Source: Thermoanaerobaculia bacterium (GTDB lineage Bacteria; Acidobacteriota; Thermoanaerobaculia; Gp7-AA8). From it: 64,000 nucleotides of DNA. A program made the translations under genes and the position numbers. Shown here piece after piece: positions 27,773 through 37,290 of this stretch (the stretch's first letter is position 1; the number at the start of each line of letters is the position of its first letter). The DNA lies in assembly GCA_035525215.1 (NCBI GenBank), contig DATLEY010000053.1, positions 4,598-68,597 of the forward strand. The letters are read 5' to 3'. A model generated the notes under the pieces. It made no database searches. It was not told the DNA's origin and saw only the letters and a program-made list of their open reading frames with translations.

Positions 27773-28492
27773 ATGGATCACGATCATTCACCGGCAGCCA
27801 TCCGGGAGCGTCTCGACGAGGGTCCGCGTCTCAGCTACCTCCGAGACTTCGTCTACGGCGGCATCGATGGCGCCGTGACGACCTTCGCCATCGTCTCCGG
27901 CGTCGTCGGAGCCCAGCTCTCTGCTTCCATCGTTCTGATACTCGGAGTCGCGAATCTACTGGCCGACGGATTTTCGATGGCCGCCTCGAATTTTTCCGGC
28001 ACCCGCGCCGAGCACGATGAGCGGGAGAGAGTGCGGGAGATGGAGCACCGACACATCAGGCTCTACCCCGACGGAGAGCGGGAGGAGATCCGGCAGATCT
28101 TCGCGCGCAAGGGGTTCGAGGGGGAAGAGCTCGACATGATCGTCGAGCGAATCACCAGCGACGACGATCTCTGGGTGAATACGATGATTCAGGAAGAGTA
28201 CGGACTGCCGATGGAGATTCGATCTCCTTGGGTCGCCGCCGGCTCGACGATGCTCGCCTTCGTGATTTGCGGCGCGGTTCCCCTCCTCCCCTTCTTTGCC
28301 GACTCCGAGAACGCTCCGGCCTGGTCCCTCGCGGCAACCCTTTTCGTCTTCTTCGGCATCGGCTCGGCCAAAAGCCGCTGGTCGGTCATTCCCTGGTGGC
28401 GCTCGGGACTGGAGACGCTCTCCATCGGGGCGGTCGCCGCGGGGATCGCCTATGGCGTCGGAGTGCTGCTCCGCGGTCTGGCCGCGGCATGA
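27773..28492 (+). CDS. VIT1/CCC1 family iron/manganese transporter
   Basis: VYGGIDGAVTTFAIVSGVVGA, an acidic cytoplasmic segment and C-terminal TM segments. Confidence 0.8.
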   Translation: MDHDHSPAAIRERLDEGPRLSYLRDFVYGGIDGAVTTFAIVSGVVGAQLSASIVLILGVANLLADGFSMAASNFSGTRAEHDERERVREMEHRHIRLYPDGEREEIRQIFARKGFEGEELDMIVERITSDDDLWVNTMIQEEYGLPMEIRSPWVAAGSTMLAFVICGAVPLLPFFADSENAPAWSLAATLFVFFGIGSAKSRWSVIPWWRSGLETLSIGAVAAGIAYGVGVLLRGLAAA

Positions 28493-28717
28493 TTTCCCGC
28501 GGCGAATCGTAAGTCGAGAATTGCGAAGATGTTGAACTGACCTTCGGCGCCGAAAAACGAAGATATGACCCCGCCCGTTACAGGATCGCAAAGAAGCCCG
28601 GAACCATGCCGGCGGCGGATACGTCTTCGGTAAGATGCAGCGCACCGCCGGTGAGCCTTCCTTCCGGGAAGTGCGGGCGACGCGTCATCCGATCCCCGAT
28701 TCGCGACGGAGGAACCC

Positions 28718-29485
28718 ATGCCCCAGCGCCGACGCTTCATCGCCGAAATCGCAGCCCTCGTGGCTGCCTCCGCGCTCTGCGCGACGATTGCGAACGCCGT
28801 CGCGGCCAAAGAACGGAAACTGGCGTGGGTCGGAGACTACCCGAATGCCCTGACCGTTCCTCCGCTGCGAACCGAGCCGGCGGCCCGGACGCCGCCGGCG
28901 ATTTCCATGATTCCTTCCGAGACTGGCGGCAGCCAGGAGCTTCCCGCGGCATCCCCGATCGCGGAGGACGACGCGGTCGTAACGACGACCATGGCAACTC
29001 GGACCTCGATTCCACCCGCGAAAACCGGAGAGGCATCACCCGGGCCGGCTCCCGCTTCAGCGAAAGCGCCGGATCAACCTCCAGCGGCCGCGATTCGCCA
29101 ATGGACACTCGCTGACTTTCCGGCTCGCCCCGACGTTTCCGCAATCGACATCAGCACCGAACAGGCGAAGGCTCTGTTCGATCTCCGCGTCCCCTTCATC
29201 GACGCGCGCCGCAGCAACGTCTACGAGGCGGGGCACATCGCCGGCGCCATCAGCATGCCGGTGTGGGAATCCGACATCGACCACCGCGTCGCTCGCTTTT
29301 ATGAGGCGGGACGTCCCGGTGATGCTCCGCTCGTCATCTACTGCAGCGGGGGCAACTGCGAAGACTCGCACATGCTCGCGCAGAAACTCTGGGGAATCGG
29401 CTACGACAACATCCTCGTCTACCTCGGAGGGTGGCCCGACTGGCAGAAGCATGGTTATTCCGCCGAACGAGGCCCGGCGCGGTGA
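28718..29485 (+). CDS. rhodanese-like domain protein, membrane-anchored with a long Pro/Ala linker
   Basis: Rhodanese fold at the C-terminus with the active-site loop (VIYCSGGNCEDS). Confidence 0.75.
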   Translation: MPQRRRFIAEIAALVAASALCATIANAVAAKERKLAWVGDYPNALTVPPLRTEPAARTPPAISMIPSETGGSQELPAASPIAEDDAVVTTTMATRTSIPPAKTGEASPGPAPASAKAPDQPPAAAIRQWTLADFPARPDVSAIDISTEQAKALFDLRVPFIDARRSNVYEAGHIAGAISMPVWESDIDHRVARFYEAGRPGDAPLVIYCSGGNCEDSHMLAQKLWGIGYDNILVYLGGWPDWQKHGYSAERGPAR

Positions 29486-29997
29486 GACGGACGCGCGAGA
29501 TCCTGCTCGGCCGGTGGCTGACCATTCGCGTCCAGATCGCGCTCGGCGCGATCTTCGTGGCGGCCGCTCTGCCGAAGATCATCGATCCTCCCGGCTTCGC
29601 GCAGATGATCTACAACTATCGTCTCGTACCGGGCGCGTTCATCAATGCGCTCACCCACATGCTGCCGTGGCTGGAGCTGTTCTGCGGGATGGCTCTTCTT
29701 CTCGGGATCTGGCGACGGACCGCCGCCCTGATCATCGGTGCGATGCTGGTTTCCTTCATTCTCGCCCTCGGCATCAATCTCGGGAGAAGCCATGCGGTGA
29801 ACTGCGGCTGTTTCGAGATCGATGCTGCGGTCAAGTCGCGCGAACAGCTCTTCAGTGAGATGCGATGGGTCATCATTCGTGACGTCGGCATGCTGCTGAT
29901 GGTCGGGCAGCTCGTGACCGCGCTGTCCGCGCGAGCACGCCGGAGCGAGGAGGAGCTCGAGGGCGTGGTGGATGCGGAACCCGCGCAAAGCTCGTAG
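29482..29997 (+). CDS. MauE/DoxX family membrane protein
   Basis: GTGA overlap with the rhodanese stop. Four TM segments. The AALPKIIDPPGF..I.NY and CGCF motifs are typical of MauE. Confidence 0.7.
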   Translation: MRRTREILLGRWLTIRVQIALGAIFVAAALPKIIDPPGFAQMIYNYRLVPGAFINALTHMLPWLELFCGMALLLGIWRRTAALIIGAMLVSFILALGINLGRSHAVNCGCFEIDAAVKSREQLFSEMRWVIIRDVGMLLMVGQLVTALSARARRSEEELEGVVDAEPAQSS

Positions 29998-30051
29998 CGG
30001 CGCACAAGGGTGCAGCGACACTCCCGTTTGGCGCAACCGCGTGCGGGTGGT

Positions 30052-30111
30052 GGTCATTCAGAGGCCGTATGCGCCGGCCGAGCAGAGTATGAAAGTCAGC
30101 GGGAAGGGCGG
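30052..30111. repeat. extra TIR-like end upstream of copy A
   Basis: ggtcattcagaggccg is repeated at 30052. The segment ends gcgggaagggcgg, which matches the reverse complement of 11241-11253. Confidence 0.5.
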
Positions 30112-30341
30112 GGTCATTCAGAGGCCGCACGGGAGGACGAGGTTGAGAGACGATTGGTCTCGCGGCCGAAGAATCTCCGAATGCGAAGGCCGTCATCGGG
30201 TTCTTATGCCGGTGCAATCGCATCCTACGAACGCGCCTGGACGTGCATGAGAACCCGACAGCGATCCTCGCGGCTGAGATTCTTCGGCCGCGTCACCACT
30301 TCGCATTCTGCCCGGCTGGCGCGTGCGGCCTCTGAATGACC
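30112..30341. mobile_element. ~230-bp MITE-like palindromic element, copy A
   Basis: Perfect 20-bp TIRs (ggtcattcagaggccgcacg / cgtgcggcctctgaatgacc). The interior is nested inverted repeats (cgcggccgaagaatctc / gagattcttcggccgcg; cgggttcttatgc / gcatgagaacccg). A second copy lies at 37291-37521. Confidence 0.65.
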
Positions 30342-30390
30342 CCAGTGCCGCTGCGAGTTTCGTGCTCGACGGTCATCTCCGCTCCACCGA

Positions 30391-30428
30391 CGCTCGCGAC
30401 GTTCCCCCACTCTGAATGACCCGCCCTT
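30391..30428. repeat. solo element end (cgctcgcgacgttcccccactctgaatgacc)
   Basis: Near-identical to 11211-11253. With 30052 it forms an outer inverted pair around copy A. Confidence 0.5.
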
Positions 30429-30451
30429 TCTCTCCACCAGCAGGGCCGCCG

Positions 30452-31828
30452 TCAGCTGCCCCAGGGCTCGAAGTTCGCCGTGAAGTGGCGAAGAACTTTC
30501 GGCGCTTTCGTGATCCGGTAGCGGGGGATCGCTTCTTTCTCTTTCGCGACGCCAATCACCGCTTCGGCCACGTAATCGATGTGCGATTGCGTGTAGAGAC
30601 GCCGCGGGATGGCCAGGCGAACCAGCTCCATGGGTGCGGGCTTCTCGGTTCCGTCCGGCTGCATGCCGAACATCACGCTTCCGATCTCCACTCCCCGGAT
30701 CCCGGCCTCGACGTAGAGCGCATTGCAAAGGGCGATTCCCGGATATTCGAGCGGGCCGATGTGCGGCAGGAGGGCGCGCGCATCGATGTAGACGGCGTGA
30801 CCACCGGGCGGTCGGACGATGGGGATGTCCGCGGCGATCAGCTTCTCGGCGAGATACTCGATCGAGCGGATCCGATACCGGAGATAGGGCTCCTGCACGA
30901 CTTCTTCGAGTCCCTGCGCGATCGCTTCCAGATCGTAGCCCGCGAGACCGCCATACGTAGGAAACCCCTCGGTGAGGATCAGAAGATTCCGGCAGCGCTC
31001 GGCCAGAGCATCGTCGTTCATCGCCAGAAAGCCGCCTATGTTGGCGAGCCCGTCCTTCTTCGCCGACATGGTGCAGCCGTCGGCAAGGGAGAACATCTCC
31101 TGCGCGATCGCCAGCGGCGTCCTCCCGCTCTGACCTTCCTCGCGAAGCTTGATGAAAAATGCGTTCTCCGCGAAACGACATGCGTCGAGAAAAAAGGGCT
31201 TCCCGTGCCGGTGAGCGATGTCCCGGACAGCCCGGAGATTCTCGAGGGAGACCGGCTGGCCGCCGCCGGAGTTGTTGGTCACGGTGGTCATCACGAGCCG
31301 GATTCGGTCGCCCTCGCGCGAAAGCGCCCGGTCGAGCTCTTCCAGATCGACGTTCCCCTTGAAGGGATGAATCGTGGCAGGCTGTCGTCCCTCGGCGATC
31401 ACGATGTCACGGGCCTCGGCCTGTTCGTACTCGATATTCGCTCGAGTGGTATCGAAGTGCGTATTGTTGAGGACGATATCCCCTGTTTCGAGGATCGAAT
31501 GAAAAAGAATCCGCTCCGCCGCCCGTCCCTGGTGCGTCGGGATGATGTGGCGGTAGCCGGTCAGATTCGAGACCGCATCCCGGAATCGAAAAAACGAGCG
31601 GCTGCCGGCGTAGGATTCATCGCCGCGCATCACCGCGCTCCATTGGGATGCGGACATCGCGCCGGTCCCCGAGTCGGTGAGGAGATCGATGAGCACGTCC
31701 TCGGCGGCGAGAAGAAAGACGTTGAAGCCTGCTTCCCGCAGTGCCGACTCCCGCTCCTCCCGCGTCGTAAACTTGATCTCCTCGACGGATTTGATGCGGA
31801 AGGGCTCGATGATCGTGTTGAAATTCAT
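30452..31828 (-). CDS. tnaA: tryptophanase (beta-eliminating PLP lyase family; tyrosine phenol-lyase not excluded)
   Basis: EPFRIKSVE..., DLLTDSGTGAMS, CTMSAKKDGL (PLP Lys), FPTYGGLAG and KVLRHFTA. By recall it aligns closer to TnaA than to TPL. The start at MNFNTIIEPF is 31828. Confidence 0.75.
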   Translation of the reverse strand: MNFNTIIEPFRIKSVEEIKFTTREERESALREAGFNVFLLAAEDVLIDLLTDSGTGAMSASQWSAVMRGDESYAGSRSFFRFRDAVSNLTGYRHIIPTHQGRAAERILFHSILETGDIVLNNTHFDTTRANIEYEQAEARDIVIAEGRQPATIHPFKGNVDLEELDRALSREGDRIRLVMTTVTNNSGGGQPVSLENLRAVRDIAHRHGKPFFLDACRFAENAFFIKLREEGQSGRTPLAIAQEMFSLADGCTMSAKKDGLANIGGFLAMNDDALAERCRNLLILTEGFPTYGGLAGYDLEAIAQGLEEVVQEPYLRYRIRSIEYLAEKLIAADIPIVRPPGGHAVYIDARALLPHIGPLEYPGIALCNALYVEAGIRGVEIGSVMFGMQPDGTEKPAPMELVRLAIPRRLYTQSHIDYVAEAVIGVAKEKEAIPRYRITKAPKVLRHFTANFEPWGS

Positions 31829-32011
31829 TCGCGCGTCATTATCACAGAGGCCCGATCGCTTCTGCCGCAACGCACATGAAAAACTATCGGGTTCGGCCCG
31901 CTCCCACCCGGTTTCGGGCACAATCGCAGTGCGATTCGGAGTCCAACGGGCTGTAGAAGGTCCGGATCCCGGCCGTCCGTCAATCCGAGCATTCCCGGAG
32001 GTTTCTCAACG

Positions 32012-32620
32012 ATGAACCATCAGGCAACCAGCAGGCACCGGATCGGGGCCGGCGCGTCAGCCCTCCTCGCGGCGCTTCTCCTCGTCGGCTGCTCGGCAGA
32101 AGGAGGGGAACAGGCGCGAGCGAGAGGCGAGAGCTCCGAGGGTGCGACGAAAACCTCCGTGGCCGCGCTTTCCCCGGAGTCTTCCGCGGAAGCTCCCGAG
32201 CCCGGGCAGAGCTCGAGCGCCCCCTCCCCGCCGGTTCCGGCCGTGTCGCCAAAAAAAGCAGCGGCGGCCCCTCCGATGCCGGGAGCCCCTGTCGAGCCAC
32301 GCAAGATCACGCCGCAGGAGCTGCACGAGCGAATGCAACGTGAAGAGGTGGTCATCGTCGATGTGAGAAATGCCGAGCAATACGAGGCCTCGCGAATCGA
32401 AGGGGCCATCCACATTCCCTTCACGGAGATGTTCGCGCGAGGCGACGAGCTCCCCAGAGAAAAACTGATCGCGCTCTATTGCAGCTGTCCGAATGAAGAA
32501 TCGAGCGGATCCGCAGCGCTCGATCTGGAAGCCATGGGACTCGAAAGAACAGTGGCCATCCTCGGCGGGCTGGAAGCCTGGCGGCTCGCCGGTTTTCCGG
32601 TCACTTCGGACACGCGATGA
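32012..32620 (+). CDS. rhodanese-like lipoprotein
   Basis: Lipobox (LLLVGC), a Ser/Pro/Ala-rich linker and a rhodanese domain with the LYCSCPNEESS loop. ATGA overlap with ccmA. Confidence 0.7.
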   Translation: MNHQATSRHRIGAGASALLAALLLVGCSAEGGEQARARGESSEGATKTSVAALSPESSAEAPEPGQSSSAPSPPVPAVSPKKAAAAPPMPGAPVEPRKITPQELHERMQREEVVIVDVRNAEQYEASRIEGAIHIPFTEMFARGDELPREKLIALYCSCPNEESSGSAALDLEAMGLERTVAILGGLEAWRLAGFPVTSDTR

Positions 32621-33363
32621 GCGAGGAACGGGGGGCGGACGGACAGTGGGCGATCGAGGCGACGAACCTCTCGCGCCGCTACGGGCGCCGCTGGGCGCTC
32701 GCATCGGTCTCCCTGCGCATCCCCTCCGGCGCGACGCTCCTGCTGGCCGGTAACAACGGATCGGGCAAGTCGACGCTTCTTCGCGCCCTGGCCACCGCGA
32801 TCCGCATCGATCGAGGCGAGGTCTTCATCGAGGGAATGGACATCCGGCGCGACCGCGATGCGATCCGGCGGAAGACCGTCCTGCTCGATCATCACGCCTA
32901 TACCTACGAAGCCCTGACCGCCATCCAGAATCTGAGCGTCACCGCTTCGATCCTCGGGATACCCCACGGACGAAGAGCCCTCATGCCCGTCCTCGCAGAG
33001 GCCGGTCTCGGCGATCGCGCGGATGACGAGGTCGCGGGCTTTTCGGCCGGGATGCGCAAACGTCTCTCCATCGCCCGCCTTCTTCTGCGGCTCCCCAGGA
33101 GTGGCGGCGGCGCCAGACCGAGCGTGGTTCTTCTCGATGAGCCATACAACCAGCTCGATCCGGAGGGCTTCCGCCTCGTGGATCAGCTTCTCGAAAGGCT
33201 GAAGAACGATGGCGCGACGGTCGTCATGGCGACACACCTCGTCGATCGGGGAGCCCCTCTCTGCGATCTCGGCCTCCTCCTCGAACAGGGGCAGGTCGCC
33301 TGGTCGGGGAGCGCGGGGGATCTTCCACGCCACTCGGGGATCAGTCAGGAGCGGCTGTTTTGA
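32617..33363 (+). CDS. ccmA: heme ABC exporter ATP-binding protein CcmA
   Basis: Walker A (GNNGSGKST), signature (FSAGMRKRLS) and Walker B (LLDEP). Position upstream of ccmB. Confidence 0.8.
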   Translation: MSEERGADGQWAIEATNLSRRYGRRWALASVSLRIPSGATLLLAGNNGSGKSTLLRALATAIRIDRGEVFIEGMDIRRDRDAIRRKTVLLDHHAYTYEALTAIQNLSVTASILGIPHGRRALMPVLAEAGLGDRADDEVAGFSAGMRKRLSIARLLLRLPRSGGGARPSVVLLDEPYNQLDPEGFRLVDQLLERLKNDGATVVMATHLVDRGAPLCDLGLLLEQGQVAWSGSAGDLPRHSGISQERLF

Positions 33364-34025
33364 GCCGGCTGGCCGCGTCGCTGCGGAAGGAAATGCTGCT
33401 CCAGTGGCGGACGCGGAGCCAGGTGATCGCGGTTTTCGTCTTCGGCGCGACCTGCCTCCTGCTGTTCAGCTTCGCCATCGGACCGAATGCCGCGGCTCTT
33501 CGGGCTCTGGCCCCCGGTTTTCTCTGGCTCGCACTTCTCCTTTCCTCGACCCTGACGCTCGCGGAGAGCTTTCATCTCGAAATGGAAGAGCGGGCCATCG
33601 AAGGACTTCTTCTCCTTCCCGCGGGCGACGGGGCCGTCTACTACGCCAAGGCGATCGCGAACGCGATTCAGCTCTCGCTCCTGGGCGTCGCTCTCATTCC
33701 CGTGATGGTGGTGCTCTACGATGCCGGCACGACACGGATTCCGGCGCTGGCGGGAGTGATCGTGCTGGGAGCGGCGGGACTCTCCGCGCCCGGAACTCTC
33801 TACACGGCGATGACCTCGCGCCTCCGCGCGCGGCAGACCCTGCTTCCCCTCCTGCTTTTCCCGCTGATCGTGCCGGTGCTCCTCGCAGCGGTGAAGGCCA
33901 CTTCGCTCTTCATACTCGGCGATCCGATGGAGCAGGCTCGATCGTGGATCATTCTGCTGGTGGCGTTCAACGCGATTTACTGGTCACTCTGCGGACTTTT
34001 TTTCGGCCGGGTCATGGAAGAGTGA
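33360..34025 (+). CDS. ccmB: heme exporter protein CcmB
   Basis: ~220-aa six-TM protein with a CcmB-like pattern. TTGA overlap with ccmA. Confidence 0.75.
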   Translation: MSRLAASLRKEMLLQWRTRSQVIAVFVFGATCLLLFSFAIGPNAAALRALAPGFLWLALLLSSTLTLAESFHLEMEERAIEGLLLLPAGDGAVYYAKAIANAIQLSLLGVALIPVMVVLYDAGTTRIPALAGVIVLGAAGLSAPGTLYTAMTSRLRARQTLLPLLLFPLIVPVLLAAVKATSLFILGDPMEQARSWIILLVAFNAIYWSLCGLFFGRVMEE

Positions 34026-34085
34026 CAGGATGACGGCCATGCTCCGGGGAATCGAAGCAACATCAAGTACTGTCTTTAGAACCGA

Positions 34086-36113
34086 ATGACCCCTCTTCTC
34101 GGAAGAACCCTCATTCTGCTCTCGCTTCTCGCGGCCTCGAGCGGAGCCGTCGTCGCCTTCGCCGCGGCGAGCCGCCCGCGGCTTCTGGAGTGGGCTCGAC
34201 GCTTCGCTTTCGGATACGCCGCGCTGATCATCGCCGCGAACGTGGTGATGGTCGCAGCGCTCGTCGGTCACGATTTTTCGGTCAGCTACGTGGCACGGGT
34301 GGGCTCGCGCTCGACGCCGCTGTGGGTCACGATCGTCAGCCTCTGGTCCTCGCTTGAAGGATCGATTCTCTTCTGGGGCATGGTGCTGGGGCTGTTCATC
34401 GGCGGCGCGACCTTCGCGACGCGCAGACGGCATGAGGAGTACATGCCGTATGCCATCGGCACCTGGCTGGCCGTGGCGGCCTTCTTCAGCTTTCTCATCG
34501 CGGGGCCCGCTCAGCCGTTCAATACCGTCGTCAATCCTCCTGCCGATGGGCCGGGACCGAATCCCCTTCTCCAGAATCACATTCTGATGGCCGTCCACCC
34601 GCCGTTCCTTTACTTCGGATTCGTCGGCATGACCATTCCCTTCGGCTTCGCCTCTGCCGCTCTGATGCTGCGGCGTCTCGGCGATGATTTCCTGCAACCG
34701 CTGCGCACATCGCTGCTGGTCGCCTGGACGTTTCTCTCCGTCGCCATCGTCCTGGGGGGATGGTGGGCCTACGAGGTATTGGGGTGGGGCGGTTACTGGG
34801 CCTGGGACCCGGTCGAGAACGCGTCGTTTCTTCCCTGGCTCGTCGCGACCGCGGCTCTACACTCCGCGATCGTCGTCGAGCGGAAAGGAACGCTCAAGGG
34901 GTGGACGCTCACGCTCGTCATGTCTTCGTTCCTCCTGGTCATTCTCGGAACGTTCATGACTCGCTCGGGCGTCTTCAATTCCGTTCACTCATTCACCCAG
35001 AGCGAGATCGGACCGACGATTCTCGGCTTTCTGGCGGTCGCGCTTCTCTGGTCGGTCGCGCTTCTGGCCGGGAACATGGATCGAATCGAAGGAGAGGCGG
35101 TGCGGATCGAGGGGGCGAGCCGTGAAGGAATGTTCCTGATCAACAACCTCCTCTTCGTCCTCTTCACGCTCACCGTGCTGATCGGCACGGTCTTTCCGCT
35201 GCTGGTCGAAGCGGTCCAGGACCGGCAGATCAGCGTGGGACGCCCCTACTTCGACAAGATGGCGGTACCGATCGGGGCTGCACTTCTTTTCCTCATGGGA
35301 ATCGGGCCGGCGCTCCCCTGGGGGCGCGCGACCCGGCAGCAGGTCGAGCGCGCCCTGCTCCCCCCACTCCTGACCGCCGGCGCCGTTCTGGTCCTCGGAG
35401 CGCTTCTCGGAGCGACGAATCCCTGGACTCTCCTCACTCTTTTTTTCGGCGGCTACGCGATTCACGTCACCATGCGGGAGATGCTCCTTCCGGTGGCGAA
35501 GAGGGTTCGCGGGGGGGACTCGCCGGGGCGCGCGTTCGTCGAGGCCCAGCTCGTCCGCGGACGCCGCCGCTTCGGCTCGTACATCGTGCACGGCTCCGTC
35601 ATTCTGATCATGGCCGCGATCGCCGTGAGCAGCACGATGAAGGTCTCGGCGGAGCAACAGCTGCGGCAGGGCGAAACGATGGCGATCGGCGACTACACCC
35701 TCCGTTTCTTCGGCGCTGAAACGAGGCAGGAGCCCCACCGGCTCGCCACCATCGCTCACATCGGCGTCTATCGCGGCGAAAAGCTGATCCGCAACATGCA
35801 ACCGCGGATGAACCAGTATCTGACGCAGCGCGAACCGATCGGAACCCCCGATGTCTACACGCGTTTCCGCGGAGACCTCTATCTCTCGGTCATGAACATC
35901 GACCCGCGCGCCCAGACCGTCGGGCTTCACGCGATCATCAATCCGATGGTCGGATGGATCTGGATCGCTACCGGGACGCTGGCCCTTGGCGCGATCGTTC
36001 TTCTCATCCCGCGCCGAAAGAGCGCAGCTGGGGAGTCCGTGGCCCTCGAGGCTTCTTCGCATCCATCGCCGCGGACGCGATCTCGGGAGCCCCTCCCGGG
36101 AGATGCAGGATGA
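34086..36113 (+). CDS. ccmF: cytochrome c-type biogenesis heme lyase CcmF
   Basis: WGGYWAWDPVENASFLPW tryptophan-rich motif. ~675-aa polytopic protein. Confidence 0.85.
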   Translation: MTPLLGRTLILLSLLAASSGAVVAFAAASRPRLLEWARRFAFGYAALIIAANVVMVAALVGHDFSVSYVARVGSRSTPLWVTIVSLWSSLEGSILFWGMVLGLFIGGATFATRRRHEEYMPYAIGTWLAVAAFFSFLIAGPAQPFNTVVNPPADGPGPNPLLQNHILMAVHPPFLYFGFVGMTIPFGFASAALMLRRLGDDFLQPLRTSLLVAWTFLSVAIVLGGWWAYEVLGWGGYWAWDPVENASFLPWLVATAALHSAIVVERKGTLKGWTLTLVMSSFLLVILGTFMTRSGVFNSVHSFTQSEIGPTILGFLAVALLWSVALLAGNMDRIEGEAVRIEGASREGMFLINNLLFVLFTLTVLIGTVFPLLVEAVQDRQISVGRPYFDKMAVPIGAALLFLMGIGPALPWGRATRQQVERALLPPLLTAGAVLVLGALLGATNPWTLLTLFFGGYAIHVTMREMLLPVAKRVRGGDSPGRAFVEAQLVRGRRRFGSYIVHGSVILIMAAIAVSSTMKVSAEQQLRQGETMAIGDYTLRFFGAETRQEPHRLATIAHIGVYRGEKLIRNMQPRMNQYLTQREPIGTPDVYTRFRGDLYLSVMNIDPRAQTVGLHAIINPMVGWIWIATGTLALGAIVLLIPRRKSAAGESVALEASSHPSPRTRSREPLPGDAG

Positions 36114-36637
36114 ATCGGAAAGTCCTTCTCATCGGACTGGCCGTCGTCGTTCCGATGATCGCGGTGCTCGCCCTGAGCCTGGGGCGCGATCCTTACTCCG
36201 TGCGCTCGCCTCTGGTGGGCCGTCCCGCGATCGGCTTCACGCTGCAGGAGGTCGGGACCGGCACGCCGCTCGCCCTTGCGGATCTCGAAGGAAAGCCGGT
36301 GGTGATCAACTTCTGGGCGACGTGGTGCGTCCCCTGTTATGCGGAGCATGAAGTTCTCACTCGCGTTGCCCGGATGACGCAATCCCAGGTTCAGTTCATC
36401 GGCGTGGTTTATGACGACGATCCCCGGAAGATCCTCCAGTTTCTTTCCGAGCGTGGAAGCGCTTATCCGACCGTCGTCGATCAGGGAGGCAAGGTTGCCA
36501 TCGCCTATGGTGTCTATGGAGTCCCTGAGACCTTTTTCGTCGACCGTCGGGGAACCATCGTCGCCAAGCACGAAGGCGCGCTCGATGAGGCGAGCCTGAT
36601 CAATTACATCGGAACGATTCTCGGGGACGCTCGATGA
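36110..36637 (+). CDS. ccmG: thiol:disulfide interchange protein CcmG/DsbE (TlpA family)
   Basis: N-terminal anchor, VINFWATWCVPC and GVYGVPETF. ATGA overlap with ccmF. Confidence 0.8.
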   Translation: MNRKVLLIGLAVVVPMIAVLALSLGRDPYSVRSPLVGRPAIGFTLQEVGTGTPLALADLEGKPVVINFWATWCVPCYAEHEVLTRVARMTQSQVQFIGVVYDDDPRKILQFLSERGSAYPTVVDQGGKVAIAYGVYGVPETFFVDRRGTIVAKHEGALDEASLINYIGTILGDAR

Positions 36638-37266
36638 AGCGGGGGCTGATCGCTCTTCTCCTGATCGCGAGCGCGGTCGTGGCACAGGAGGTCACCCTCC
36701 CAAGCCCCCATGAGATCGTCGGACCTCCGCGCGGCTCCGTTCTTTCCGGAGCCGAGCTCGATGCGAAGACGAAGGATGTCGCATCTCTCCTCCGCTGTCC
36801 GACCTGTCAGGGCCTTTCTATTTACGACTCACCCGCCGCCATGGCGATCAACATGCGCGAGCAGGTGCGGGACCTCCTCACAGCCGGATATCAGGAAGAC
36901 CAGATCCTCGCCTATTTCGAAGCCTCCTATGGCGAGTTCGTCCGGCTCGAGCCCTCGCTGAGTGGGGCGAACTGGCTGGTCTGGACCGCCCCCATCCTCC
37001 TCGCTCTGCTCGGAGCGTGGTTCGTGGTCTCCGTCCTCCGTAAACGAGAGCCCGCACCGGTTGCGGTTTCGGAGAGGAATCCGGACAACGACCCCGATCT
37101 GGAACCCTACATCCTCAAAGTACGCGAGCTCGCCTGGGGATCGCCGGGCCGCATCGCTCCCCTGGATTCGAAGAGCGTGGAGACCGCGACGGGCAGGGAG
37201 GCCGTGCCCACGGGACCGCCTGAGAACGAGCCGAGGAGCGAATCAAACGAAGGGGTCGGCCGGTAA
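36634..37266 (+). CDS. ccmH: cytochrome c-type biogenesis protein CcmH/NrfF
   Basis: LRCPTCQGLSIYDSPAAMA motif and a TM segment. ATGA overlap with ccmG. An 8-bp GC hairpin (37268-37286) follows the stop. Confidence 0.8.
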   Translation: MKRGLIALLLIASAVVAQEVTLPSPHEIVGPPRGSVLSGAELDAKTKDVASLLRCPTCQGLSIYDSPAAMAINMREQVRDLLTAGYQEDQILAYFEASYGEFVRLEPSLSGANWLVWTAPILLALLGAWFVVSVLRKREPAPVAVSERNPDNDPDLEPYILKVRELAWGSPGRIAPLDSKSVETATGREAVPTGPPENEPRSESNEGVGR

Positions 37267-37290
37267 TCCCGCCCCCGCGGGGCGGGCGGG

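Noticed and set aside
30010-30339. ORFs crossing the 230-bp elements (30010-30339, 30225-31181, 36962-37444, 37297-37743) sharing SRPKNL-like peptides
   Set aside because: The similar peptides on both strands are a consequence of the palindromic DNA. The ORFs have no start context and different reading frames in the two copies.
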